Shown here piece by piece: positions 11,384-25,400 of a stretch of 64,000 nt of DNA. A program made the position numbers and the translations under genes. The notes beneath the pieces were generated by a model. It saw only the letters and a program-made list of their open reading frames with translations, was not told the DNA's origin and ran no database searches. The DNA is taken from positions 48,546,001-48,610,000 of the forward strand of contig NC_043014.1 in assembly GCF_006345805.1 (NCBI RefSeq), read 5' to 3'. This stretch comes from Octopus sinensis. Lineage: Eukaryota. Position 1 is the stretch's first letter; each line of letters begins with the position of its first letter.

Positions 11384-14300
11384 AATTATTGTACACAGTG
11401 CTCAGGTGCACCACAACTTGTCAAAAGTGCATATAAAGCATATGCAGTAATGTACAAATGTCTGGGAAGTGAACAGTGTATGAGTCAGATACATGCTTGC
11501 GTGTGTATGGAGGGGAGGAAAATCAGGTGTAGCGTTGGCGAAATCTCAGGAAGCATGGACGTTGTCACTACATTTGAAAAATATGATGAAACAGCTCCTG
11601 ACTGGTTCTTTTGCATTCACAGATTTTGTGATAACATACTGCATCTTCGGTTTCCCTCTTAAAAGCATGTGGTACAAACTTTTTCAGATGCCTGCTCTTT
11701 CCTTGTAAACTTCACAGACAGTCAGGCAGCAATTTCCGTAGATCAACACCCAATTTAACAATCCTTTGCTATGGACATCCTTCTCCACTTGAAGAACTTG
11801 TACAGCTCAAACAATCCTTTCCGTTGGTCTATTGTAACATTAGAAAAATCTCCATATTTGAAACAGAATTTCACACAAATATGTTGTTCTGCCAAATCCT
11901 TCTCTGTTTCATTGGTGACAAATCCCCAAATTTAAACAAATGGCTCACTCTAGCACATGTAGACTGTTGACTAAAATTGTAGTGGTTTGATGTGGCTTTG
12001 TGTGACTGAAGATCAAATGCTCTTACACCATGCTGCAGTCAGATGCACACTGCACCAGCAGCTTCATCATCATCATTGTGGTTATTTACATGTTAAAGAT
12101 ATTTTCATTGTTTGTTTATTGAAACATCCTTTAACCCTTTAGTGTTCAGATTATTCAATCAAACATAATGCTTATTGATTCCCATTGATCTGAATTAATC
12201 ATGCATTATCTCATATCTTCAAGATCTTGATGGTGTAATTACTTAATGTAGAATAACATTGTAGGGTAGGCGTGAGAGCCTGGATCTGGTCAGTTTGAAC
12301 ATAAAACAGATTAACCATTTTGGCCGGATATGGCCGGTTTAAATACTAAAGGGTTAAAGCAGGAATTCATTTTTTGCCCCCGCCAGATATTTCATAATTA
12401 ATTTTTTAGAGTAGGAAAATGAGAAAATGTAACTTCTGTTGATTCTGTGGAAAAAGCTAAGAACTGAACTCAAAACCCATTGGGTTACAGATGTATATAT
12501 ATATATATATGTATGTAGTTGCCTGGTCCTGTGTTTAGATACATGATCTGTGTCATACATGAAATGCTTTACTATTTATTTCAACCTAAATGCTGCTGCT
12601 ATTACTGTTTCCTTCTAGAACCATTTTATTTTTTTCCTTTTTTCGTTTTCTTTTTTTTTTTTGACCCCTTAAATTGGCTAAATCTCTCTAAGGCTTTTGT
12701 TTCTCTTCCAGTCGTATTGATGATCCTTTAGTTTTAGAACGATGCCGATTGATGCACCCGCACTTCATGACATTTCCACCTCCAGGTATCATTCCACCTC
12801 CGGGAGTACATCCTTTTTTATCATCTAGTCGTTATCCTACAGATCTTCTCCATCAACAGTACCCACAGTACCTGCCAAACAGTTCTCGTCTGGCTGGATA
12901 TCGGTCACCTGGACCAAATGACAGGTCGGTACATTTATGATTTTATTCTCTTTTGTCTAGTTATGGTCATAATTTTTTAGGAGAGTGGAGTGTATTTAAT
13001 ATAGCAAATTGTGATTTATTAAACCTTCCCCAGCTGTGAAAGTATCAGAGTTGATCCTCTTTGAGTTTGAACTCAGAACTATGGGACATTGTAAAGTGTT
13101 TAAGATTCTCACATGACACTATGATCTCCTATGTCACACTGAACAGCTACAATTTAAACAAACAAACAAGTATATAGACATAGCTGTGGGGTTAAGAAGC
13201 TTGCTTCCCGACCTTGTGTTTTGGGGTTCAGTTCCATTGTGCTGCTCCTTGGACAAGTGTCTTCTACAGCAGGTAGGTGGAAACTAAAAGAAGCCAATCG
13301 CACACGTGTGGACCCTTTCCTGACATCATGTGAGGGTTGCAGATGGGCATAGGAAATATTACTTGGCTGCTTTGAAACAGGTGAAGGTTGGCGGCAGGAA
13401 GGGCATCCAGCTGTAGATAAGCTGCCTCAACAAATATGTCTTTGCCATGCAAGCATGGGAAAGTAGACATTAGCTGAAGGTGGTGAGCTGGCAAAAATGT
13501 TAGCACGCCGGGCGAAATGCCTGGTGGTATTTCATCTGCTGCTACGTTCTGAGTTCAAATTCCGCCGAGGTCGACTTTGCCTTTCATCCTTTCAAGGCCG
13601 ATTAAATAAGTACCAGTTAGGCATTGGGGTCAATATAATAACTTAATCCGTTTGTCTGTCCCCTCTGTGTTTAGCCCCTTGTGGGTAGAGAAGAAATAGG
13701 TAGACATTAGCTGGAGGTGATGATGACAATAATTCAAACAATTTTTTTTATAATTCTTATCTCCTTGCATTCAATTTTCCGTGCTAACTTTTATGGGTTC
13801 GACAGATTTCTTAAACCCAACTTTTGCATGGTAGTAGGAGTGCACTTGTGCACCATTCCACAATTTGATGACAGTACATTTTTACTTGTATCAAACTGTG
13901 GAATCTACAGCTGTGACAATTCACAGTTCTATGTTGCCAGGTTAGCTGTGGGAGCATGCATTGGTGCAGCTTATTGCTCCATTCACCATTAGTCAGTATA
14001 TTCCTGGGTCCCCCTAGATGACCCTTAGAGCAGCGTCCCAGTCAGTCCCCATCTCTGCAAGATCACCCTCATCTGCCATGATCATGTGGTATGTGATCAA
14101 CCAACATAAGTCGTTTATATGTTGTGGCGATAGAAAAATAGAAAAATAGATAAGTGGGTTGGCAGAAAATAAAACAAGGATAAACGTCCTTTCTTTCAAT
14201 CGTATAAACAACATTTCTTACTTCATCCTAAAGCGTTTGATGTCGTTTTGTCGTTTTAGGTCAAGGGCTGACGACGAGAAAATCAAACGAATTGACAGTG

Positions 14301-17300
14301 ATCGAGAGATTGAAAGAGAGAAAGAACGAGAGAGGGAACTAGAGAGGCAAAAGGAATTTGAGCAGCGAGAACAACAACAACAAGAAAAGGAACGTCTCCG
14401 TGAACTGGAACGACAGCATCAATTGGAGCGTCAACATGATGCCGATCGCAGAAAGTCCGAAGTGAATTACATGCGTGAAGAAGAGCGCCGACATACACTG
14501 CAACAGTCAGATTCCACTTATTCAGGTTGGTACAGTGTCTGTTGTTGTCTTGCTTTGTCCTGTTGTGTGTGTGAGGGAGAGTTTGCATGCATCTCATTAT
14601 CTAAGCCTTGTCCTATTGTGTGTGTATATCTGTATGTTTGCATATACCCTTATCTCCAGTAATATTTTCCATCAAATTTATTCTGCTGTTGATTTCTCTC
14701 TCTTATATTATTGTTTAGTTCATCTACATTTTAGTAAAAGTCTTACTGAAGCAGAAATGGATGTTGAGGAGTAAAAATAACTAGTGCTAGTCAAGTCTAG
14801 GACCTGGTTTCAACTCCCTGTAGCTCATGTCAGTAATATCTTTAACCCTTTCAATACCAACCTGGCTGAAACCGCCCCTGGCTCTATAGTACAAATGCCT
14901 TGCTTTTATAGGTTTTGAATTAAAATCTTCCACCAAACCTTAATCACAATTTATGTTCCTAACACTAGCTGAACAAGAACTAAGTTATTTTACAAAATTC
15001 TTTGTTATAGTTAAAATTAATTGAAAGAAACACAGAACATCTTAAAATAAATACGGTAACGAAAGGGTTAAAAAAAAGTTCAAATGCCATGTTTAGCCCA
15101 CTATCTGTTTCATGCTTCTCCAAGAAACATTTCTATGTATTATTATCATATTCCTAACTTTTGCTAAAAGAAGTCCTTCTCAAGAACTCTCTATCAGAGC
15201 CATTTCATATAAGAATATAGTTCCAAAGAAGTGAATGTCAAAGACTGACATTCCTTATTAGTAAAACTATTCCCTCTATTCTGAGTTTGGTACCAATCTT
15301 TTTCTCTGTTTCTACTGCTAATTTAATGGTAACAATTTTTCTTGTCCAGGTTCAATCACTCAGGGTACCCCCAGAGATTTATTGTATGTGGAGCGATTAG
15401 CTCCATCCCAAAACTCCTCTAATGGACTTCCCGAGCAGGGACACCATTCACAACGAGGGAGGCGCACTCCCTATGAATCCGGAGATCATTGTAGTAGTAG
15501 CGGCAGCAACTTGATGTCTGTGGCCAGCCACCAACTAAAACAGGAACAGGAAGTTCATCCCACCAGCCGACATAGCACTAGTCCAGCAATGCACCATGAA
15601 GACCGTCGTAAACACCATTCGTATTTGGCTAAGGTAAGCCAAAGATTCCTGCCGTGTTTTTGTTAATTTGTTATATTTTCTCTCTGTATGAATTGACTGA
15701 ACAGTTTTGATGTTATTGACTAGAAATAGCTGTCAAATGTCCCTCAAATCATTGCTTATGGAGAACATATTGAATAATATATATTTCTTTACTGCCCACA
15801 AAGGGCTAAACACAGAGGGTACAAACAAGGACAGACAAAGGGATTAAGTCGATTACATCGACCCCAGTGCGAAACTGGTACTTGATTTAATCGACCCCGA
15901 AAGGATGAAAGGCAAAGTCAACCTTGGCGGAATTTGAACTCAGAACGTAACGTCAGACGAAATACCATTAAGCATTTCGCCTGGCATGCTAACGATTCTG
16001 CCAGCTCGCTGCCTTCACATTGAATAATATAGAACTAGGCAGGCACAGGTATGGCCCTGTGGTAAGAGGTTTGTTTGCCACCCACAAGGTCTTGGGTTCA
16101 GTCCCACTGCATAAAAGATTGTACAAGTGTCTTCTGTTATAGCCCTGGGCTAACTGAAGCCTTGTGAATGGATTTGGTAGACAAAACCTGAAAGAAACTC
16201 ATCATGTATGTGTGTGTTACTGTCTCCTTAATCTTTCCTTCATGTGATAGTTGTAAGCAAATATCACCATCAAGCAAGCTGTATCCTTCTTTTCCAATCT
16301 GCCATAAAAACATATCTGGCCATGAGGAATATTTCTTTACATGGAAATAGGTGAGGGTTGGCAACAGGAAAGGCATCCAGCTGTAGAAAATTTGCCTCGA
16401 CAAATTTTATCCAATATATGCATGCTTGGAAAAGTGGATGTTAAATGATGATAATAACGATGATATGCTATTCCTGAAAACAAGGTATGATGGTCACAAG
16501 GTGGATAGCCTTAGATCAGCAGATTGCTCAATCAGGGTTAAGCTGAGGCCTAAACAACAATAATTGGAATTTGCTATTTTACCTCTATTAGCTAAGGTGT
16601 TGCTATAGACTGATAACTGAATATTCGTGTCTTTTCTTTTGCAGAATGATTTCACCATTCCCCGTCTTTCTAAGGAACAATCTTCTAATGTAAGTAATAG
16701 CAACTCTTCAAGCCATTCAAGCAATCAGAAGTCCTCAGACAAACATCACGATACACAAGATGACCGGCGTTCAGTCAAACCACCCCCGCTTGTTGCACCT
16801 GTCCGCTCCGGATCGAACAGCGATCTCGAACGAACAGACAAAAACTCTGAAAGTGGCCTATTTCGGCCATACGATGTCCTTCATCCATACCGATACCCCA
16901 GCCACCCCTACCCTGATTCTCACAAAGCAGAAAAGATTAATTCATACGATAACAGCAGCGGTCGAAGTAGTAGCAACAATAGGTCTAATGAACAGTCATC
17001 CCTCACCAAACATGAACCCCCGAGTGAGGGCCCCTCCAGGCAGCGAAACACACAAGAGGAGTTTCAGTTTGACATCAACTCGAGTATCTGTTCTCAGGTA
17101 GTAAACAAAGCCCATCCCCCTGAACTCCCCAACCACTACAGCAGTTATTTTCGGAGCGGCTTCTACGACCGATCTCTATCAGTACACATCAATTCAGTAG
17201 TCGACGCCTCTTTCCATATTTACCCTGACCAGAACTTAGTCAGCAAGTTAGACTTGGAGGAAGCGAAGATGAGAGAATCACGTCTGAACGGAACATATTG

Positions 17301-18143
17301 TAGTGATAGCGAAGAAGACGAAGAACTAACTGTTGCCATGGAAATGGAAAGGAAGCAGCAGCTGTGTATCATCACAACCAACCCACCTTTGGCACTAGAC
17401 AAATCACCAAGCAAAATGCGTTACTTAAAGTCTATGGGTTTAACAACTCATTCGCGAAGAAGAGGTAAGCCTGCCGATGTATTTAACCCTTTGGTGTTCA
17501 GATTACTCTGTTAAATGTAATACTTTTTCACTCAAATTGTTTTGAATTAATCATGCATTATCTTACAGCTTTGAAGTTTCAATGATGTGATTGTTTATTT
17601 TTAGAATGACATTGTAGGTTAGGTGTGAGAGGCTAGATATTGCCAGTTTGAATATAAAACATGTAGGATATTTGGGCTGGATATGGCCGGTTTAAATGCT
17701 AAAGGGTTAACTCAAATATTTCAATTAAATTCTGTTGTGTCTGGGGAGAGTCATTTTCTTTTTGTGCCTTATAATGTAACACACTCACTGGTAAAATTTC
17801 CACTTATTTCTTATTTTTATTTATTTTTTCCTAAAATTTTCGTTGCGTCTTGCAACCTTTTCAATAGTCTTGACTCCGAAAACGAAATATTTCAATTAAA
17901 CATCCATTTAAATATCTGAGATGAATTGTTGTTAATGAAGTGAATTAGCTTTATCTTGTGAGGGGGAAATACTTTACAATATTTACATCTTACACTTTGT
18001 TTTCATCGGTTTGTGCAGGTTGTTTAGCAAAAACTCTACCCTCATGTGTTGTCTTTGACGAGATATTTCATTATTATATATAATATTATACATACTTCCA
18101 GGTTTGCATTTGGGCTTCTGTCATGTTTAGACTTCTGTTCAAT

Positions 18144-18179
<36 letters not shown>

Positions 18180-21119
18180 CCTGCCTAATCAGTAATCAGT
18201 GGGGTGACATTCAATAGCTACATGTTGACATGAAGAGTGATGACAATGACTTTGAAGTTTTGGCCCTGCAAATCAGTCGTGGTACCTCTGCAGATCAGTC
18301 GTGGTACCCCTACAGATCAGTCATGGTACCTCTGCAAATCAGTTGTGGTACCCCTGCAAATCAGTTGTGGTACCCCTGCAGATCAGTCATGGTACCCCTG
18401 CAGATCACTCATGGTACCTTTCAGTGGCTGAAAACGTATGTTCTATATTTACTAATTGGTTGTTACAAGTGTTGTTGGTGTTATTCCATAGCACAGTACA
18501 GTTCCTACAGACACACTGCTACTGTTCATTGTCCTAAATAACAACACTATTGTCTGTGACTATTTCAAGTGAGATATATTGGCCACTGGTGGCTTGCGAA
18601 AGCTGTTGTATGGTCTGTTCGTCTGTTCATTACGTTTGAGCGTTTGAGATAATTAAAGAACAAACCCTGCAGAGAGTGTATCATTGAAATGGTGCCAAGA
18701 TGACTAGAACCAAATATCTATCTACTGCCAAACTGCCAAATTTAGGTGTCTGACAGTCTTGCTGACATAAGTACTGCGTTGCTCTAGAACTTAATATTAA
18801 TGAGCAGGTGTAAAATGTATTATTACATTAAAATACCTGTTGACCGAGTGAGTGTGAAAAGGGTAAAGCATATCCTTTTACCTGCTTCAGCCGTTCAGCT
18901 ATGGCCAACCGGATGGAAGTGGTAATTCTTAAGTATGTGTAATATCTAAGAAATAAATTCTTCAGTATATATTCATCATCATCATCGTTTAACGTCCGTT
19001 TTCCGTGCCAGCACGGGTCGGACGGTTCGACCGGGGTCTGGGAAGCCAGGAGGCTGCTCCAGTCTGATCTGGCAGTGTTTCTATGGCTGGATGCCCTTCC
19101 TAACGCCAACCACTCCGCGAGTGTAGTGGGTGCTTTTTACGTGCCACCGGCGCAGGTGCCAGGGGAGTCTGGCAGCAGGCACGATTGGTTGGTGCTTTTA
19201 ACGTGCCACCGGCACAGAAGCCAGTCAAGGCGGCGCTGGCATCAGCCAAGGTGGCGCTGGCATATTATTTTCAAATTTTGGCACAAGGTCAACAATTTTG
19301 GGGGCAAGGGGAAAGTCATTTACATTAATCCCAATGCTCAACTGGTCCTTATTTTATTGACCCAGGAAAGATGAAAGTTGATCTTAGCAGAATTCATTCT
19401 CAGAACTTGGTGGACAAAATACTGCTAAGCATTTTATCTAATTTGCTAATGATTCTGCCAGAATGCTACCTTTCTTCGATATATAATATTTTTAAAAAAT
19501 TGTTTTCTAGAAATGTCCGAAATTTGTCAAAATGGCAGGTTAGGGTTTCAAAATTCGTAACCAAACAGGTAAACAGTCACAGATTAAGGATAATGTGTTA
19601 ATCCTTCACTGGTTTCAAATGATGGACTGTTGCCATGGTGGAGGCATCACCTTCAAGAGTTTTAGTTAATCATATCAACCCCAGTATCTATATTCTCAAT
19701 CTTTTATTTGTCAAATGGCTATGATACATATTTGATACAACACCAGTTTTTATACATAAGTTAAACACAGTGACATACACACAATATATATATATATAAT
19801 CTTCATCATCATTTAACGTCCATGTTCCATGCTGGCATGGGTTAGACGATTTGACTGGAACTCGTAAACTGGAGAACTACACCAGGATCCAGTTTCATTT
19901 GGCATGGTTTCTACAGCTGGATGCCCTTCCTAATGCCTATATATATATTTTTTTAGATATGGTATATTCTGTTAAGAACATAGTAGAGTACAGTGTAAAG
20001 CTCGTCCACCTTCAGATTTCACACTGTGCTATCCAGTAGTAGTATTATACATACTTCCAGGTTTGCATTTGGGCTTCTGTCATGTTTAGGCTTCTATTCA
20101 ATAATATATATATATATATATAGAGGCCGGCCTAATCAGTAATCTGTGTTTCATTGTATCGGTATATTTCAGGCATAATCTGTAGTTGCATATATTATAT
20201 AATGATCAAGCAATACTCAAGATTGAATATCAACGAAACTATTGTAAATGTATGTAATTACACAGCTTGGTCAACTGAAGTTTTTAGATGTGATCTAAAT
20301 AAAATAAAATAACACACACACATTTTATGTATGTACGTACTATGCAATGGCTAGTAGTAGCTGGGCTCTCACTCGTAAAGTCATGGGTTTGCTGCATTAT
20401 CCCACTGTACTGAACTGAAATAAGTACCTGCTGACTGCTGATGCAGATCTCTCTCCATTGAGCTGAGTTTGAGAGGCTTTGCCCTGGATTATACAGGGAT
20501 TCTAAAACAGTGAAAGCATGGCACATGCTACCAAGTTGTGCATATTTGCAAGTGGTTTTACAGATTATATATTTATCTTGCTTTGACTTCATGTTAAAGT
20601 TTTAAATGCATGTCACTGTAATCCTTTGTCTCCAAGCTTCCATAAAAATGTGTCTAGTCATGTGGAATATTGTCTTGCTTAGAAACAGGTAAGCATAGAA
20701 AAGTGAACATTAAATGATTGTGTGTGTATTAGTATTGTTGTTATTATACTGGCGAGCTGGCAGAATCGTTAGCATGCTGAGCAAAATGCTTAGTGGCATT
20801 TCATCTGTCTTTATGTTCTGAGTTAAATTCTGCTTAGGTCGACTTTGTATTTCATTCTTTTGAGAGTTGATAAACCTGTGGAGTACTGGAGGTCAATGTA
20901 ATCGACTTAGCCCCCACCAAAATTTCAAGCCTTGTGCCTATAGTAGAAAGGATTATTATTATCATTGTCAAAACCCAAAAAGCTTCACAAACTGTTATTC
21001 AGAGTTTCAGTATTCAAGTACTGTTTTTCCCACCTTGTTTTGCACCTATGTGCTTACGTGTGTGTGTGCACGTCCTCGCGTTGTGTTTTCTCTTGGTGTT
21101 TTCATGTTTGGATTAACTT

Positions 21120-21156
<37 letters not shown>

Positions 21157-22410
21157 GTATATATGGTATAATGCCTTGTGCAGAACCTTTTATTGTTGTG
21201 AGATGAATTTTTTAATGCAATCTGAGTAGAAAAACAATGCATTTGTTTACATACTGTTATAAGAATAAGTCACATACTTTTGGCTTTCATTGTGTGAAGA
21301 AACAATAAAATATGTCTTACTTATAAGGCCCATGAGGGTCAAAGGGCATCCATGTGCAGGAAATCAGCCGTTACAAGTTTCAGTCTAACTCCTGTCAGCA
21401 TGGAAACGGAATTTTAAGAAAAAAAAATGTATTCTGGTTATTGAATGGGGACACTGTGCCCTTGCGTGTTGCAAGAGGTGGTTATAGGTTTAGTGACAGG
21501 AAGAGCATCCTTCTGTAAAATACTGCTTGTGAAAAGCTAACTATGCCAGTAAAGAAAGGTGAAGGTGGAAATGTTTTATATAATAGATTAGATAAATTTT
21601 TTGCTGTGTCAATGTTTGTAATGTGATTTTTTTTTTTTTTTTGTTCTAGATTTAGAATTTGACCGTTACCGCAAACGGCGACATATGTTCCGGGAAGGCA
21701 GCTTAAGTCCAGTGTCGACGCCAGAGAACAATCCAGAACCTGTGACCAAACTAACTGTACCACCAGTTTACGTCTCGGAACAGATGTGTATGCAAAATGA
21801 CTACAAACAGAAATGTCGTTATCTCCACTCATTTCTACTCAGTCCACTTACTGGCGATAAGAAAAAAGGTACGACTAGCTTTTATTTGTTGTTGTTGTAG
21901 TTGTTGTGTTAATTCCATGTCAGTTCTGATCCAGCACACACAGGGTTTGATCTATATAGTCACAAATTACTGTTTTAAATGTACCAAGTTTTAGCTGTAA
22001 ACAATACTGCACTCTCCAGTGTACAGTGGTTAATACCATATCTTAGTCGGGGAACCACTCTGCACCCTTGCCTATACAATCTGTATGGCGCCTTGGTCAA
22101 GTGTCTTCTACTATAGCCTTGGGCCAATCGAAGCTTTGTGGGTGGATTTTGTAGACAGACTAATTATGCTGTGTATGTATGTGTGTGTATATATATGAAA
22201 TAACAATGATATAATGAAATAACAATGATATAATTAAATTATACCATATACAAAAAACATTTTTTCTATATGGTATAATTTAATTATATCATTGTTGAAT
22301 TGATAAATGGTGGTTCTTCTCTAATTTATATACATATACATTGTGAAATTTGATTTAGTATTGCTAAATTTAATTTTTCCCTGTAAGTTTGGAATAATAT
22401 TCCCTAATAT

Positions 22411-22451
<41 letters not shown>

Positions 22452-25400
22452 ACAATGATCTTCCCTGTCTTAAGAACTGCTGCATCAACAAATAACCTAA
22501 AAGAAGGTACCGACACTGAAGATCTCTAAAATTTTATTGAGAGATTTTTTGAAATGCTGCAACTTTCTGAAAATCTTGTAATTATTGTAGATTGATGTAT
22601 TTGTGCCAACGAATTTACCAAAAATTCATGTTTCGAAGTTAGGAAATCATGCTGAGCTTTTTGATAACTGACCATTAATAGCAGCTGGTTTCCATTTTAT
22701 TGTTTAACCCTTTCGATACCAACCCAGCTGAAACCGGCTCTGGCTCCGAGTACAAATGTCTTGTTTTCATAAGTTTTGAATTAAAATCTTCCACCAAACC
22801 TTAGTCACAATTTATGTTCCTAACACTAGCTTAATGATAACTAAGTTATTTTACTAAATTCTTTGTTATATTTAAAGTAATTGAAAGAAACACAGAGCAT
22901 CTCAAAATAAATACAGTAACAAAAGGGTTAATGATTCATAATACATGTTGTTATTATAATCAGTCAACATGTATGTACGTCATGGTTACTGTTGGGTCTA
23001 TTGTAATGTGGAACATTTTGATTTGATATGGAAATCGTTTTCTTTATCTGTCCAAAATCCTCCTCATTGAAGAATAACTTGCCTACATGTTTCCATCAAC
23101 TTCAAAAATTATCAAGAATTTGTACAGATTTACTTAATTAATTAAATATTATCTTTATAAATCTGGTGATTGGAACAATGAAGTCCTCATATAAAGCTAT
23201 TTTGGAAGTTTTTTATTTAAATTCTTAACACTTTAACATTGGCGGAATTGATATAAAACCTGAATTGATTACAGATGGGTTGATATCATAGAACCAATGG
23301 TGTTGGTCCCAATTAGATTGGTATCATAGAACCAGAGGTTATGGTCTCAGATGGGTTGCTATTATAGTTAGTTAATTAATTATTTGGCTCAAAAAGCAAG
23401 GCCATGTAGGGGGCATGGAGTTATGTACAGGATGGTGTTCATGTAAAGCGTTCAGACCACTTGTGGTCAAGGGAGACTTTGAACCGAGCGGTCGTTGGCA
23501 TCTTTACTATCTCGTCCGGCAGCTTATTCCATGGATCCGCAACCCGGACGGAGAAAGCCCCTCTCCAGCCCAGATGTGGTGATAACAAACTGTTTACTCC
23601 TTTTCTTATGGTTATTGTTCAACATATAGCAACAGAACAACCATCTTCCTCGTATAAAGGAATTCTGCTTTTGTTGTCTCCACAGAGTATGAAGCAATCC
23701 GTCAAGCGTGTGAAGAGGAGAAAGCTCGGAGACTTGGTTTGGTGCTAGAAAATGTATTACAGCCACAACAGCAGCAGCAACAACAGCAACAACCTGATGA
23801 AGAGAGACTTCTCTCAGAACCAGTTAAACGATCAAAACCTGGTAAATAATTTTACTCCCCCTTTTTGTGTGTGTGTGCACACCACATTTGTACTATTCTG
23901 GATGGGTTCATTGTACTGCGGGGTACCAGGTGTATACAAAACCAACTAATATATTCCAGAATATCTCCTACCACCACCTTCACCTATATCGATTGTAAAA
24001 CCTCTACAATTACCTCCCCATCCCCCAGTTGTTAGTTTACCTTGGTGAGTAAATGGCTAATGTGACTCACATAACTAGATGGACAAGGGTTCAGATCCTA
24101 CTGCAGTAGTTAATTACATCGTGGGGCTAACCTACTTCTTGTGTAGTGAATCTAATTGAAAATGTCCCACACCCAGTCCATAGTTGGTTGGTTATTTGTC
24201 ACTATTATTGTGAAAGTTAAGACGGAAAGCTGGCAGAATTGTTAGCATGCCGGGCGAAATGCTTAGCAGTATTTCGTCTGTAGCTACATTCTGAGTTCAA
24301 ATTCCACCAAGGTCGACTTTGCCTTTCATCCTTTCGGGGTTGATTAAATAAGTACCAGTTACGCACTGGGGTCGATGTAATCGACTTAATCCGTTTGTCT
24401 GTCCTTGATTGTCCCCCTCTGTGTTTAGCCCCTTGTGGGTAGTAAAGAAATAAGTATGGTAACCAGTGCGTGGTGTGAAGTTTAACCCTGGTTTTAAGGT
24501 TGGAAATGAATGAGAGGTCAGTCCTATACTAACTCCCCACGATCCACCTGGATCAGTCTATTACAGGTGATATAACCAGGTACTGTAATGTTACAGGTGA
24601 CGTAGTTAAGTACTGTGGTATTTATTCTCAATAACCAGGTGAAATGAGACAATTTAAAACATTATTTCTAACAATACTGTGAAATCATTGAGTTCAACTC
24701 CCAACCTACCAGCCAAAGATAGGTCTTCTTTAAGGGCCTTGACTAGCTAAAGATAAGTCAAATCTCCCTCTTAACACACATTAGTGTCTTTAAGAAAAGG
24801 CAGGACACATTGATTACATTGGTTAAGGCAGTCGTAATTACAGCTGGAACAGTTTTCCTTGTATGTCTCCCCAAGGGATAAATAGCACCGATAACCCCTT
24901 ACAACCTATCGCCATGTTCACTTAACGATCTTTCCACAAATATCGATCTAAAAAATTTTGAAACTATTAGAGATATCTGACAGTAACTCTTGTATTGTCT
25001 CCCTTTACAGTGTGGTACTTGATTACCTCCCCTCATATTCTCAGTTCGCATCCCATCTCCGTCCTCTTTGACTTTTTCTCTTTGAAAAGTCGATAAAATT
25101 TCTATATATATAAACGGCAAAATGTCTGTGTGCATGTCCTTTATACAAATCCACAATTTTTCAGTTAGAGGGCTCGCACTTTCTATGGTCATTCAAAACC
25201 GTCCAAGGGTGGTCGTGCACATCTTTACATTTCCCCAGTCACCCTGCAAAGCCATTAAAAATTCAGTAGAAGTGACTTTTTTGTGAATTTTCTATCCAAA
25301 ACCCAATCAAAATGCTCGAAACTTGATACGCCAATTGAATGCCAGCTAGCTATATGTGATTGGTCGGAGATTTGGACAGTTGCAGGGCCATAATGCTAGT

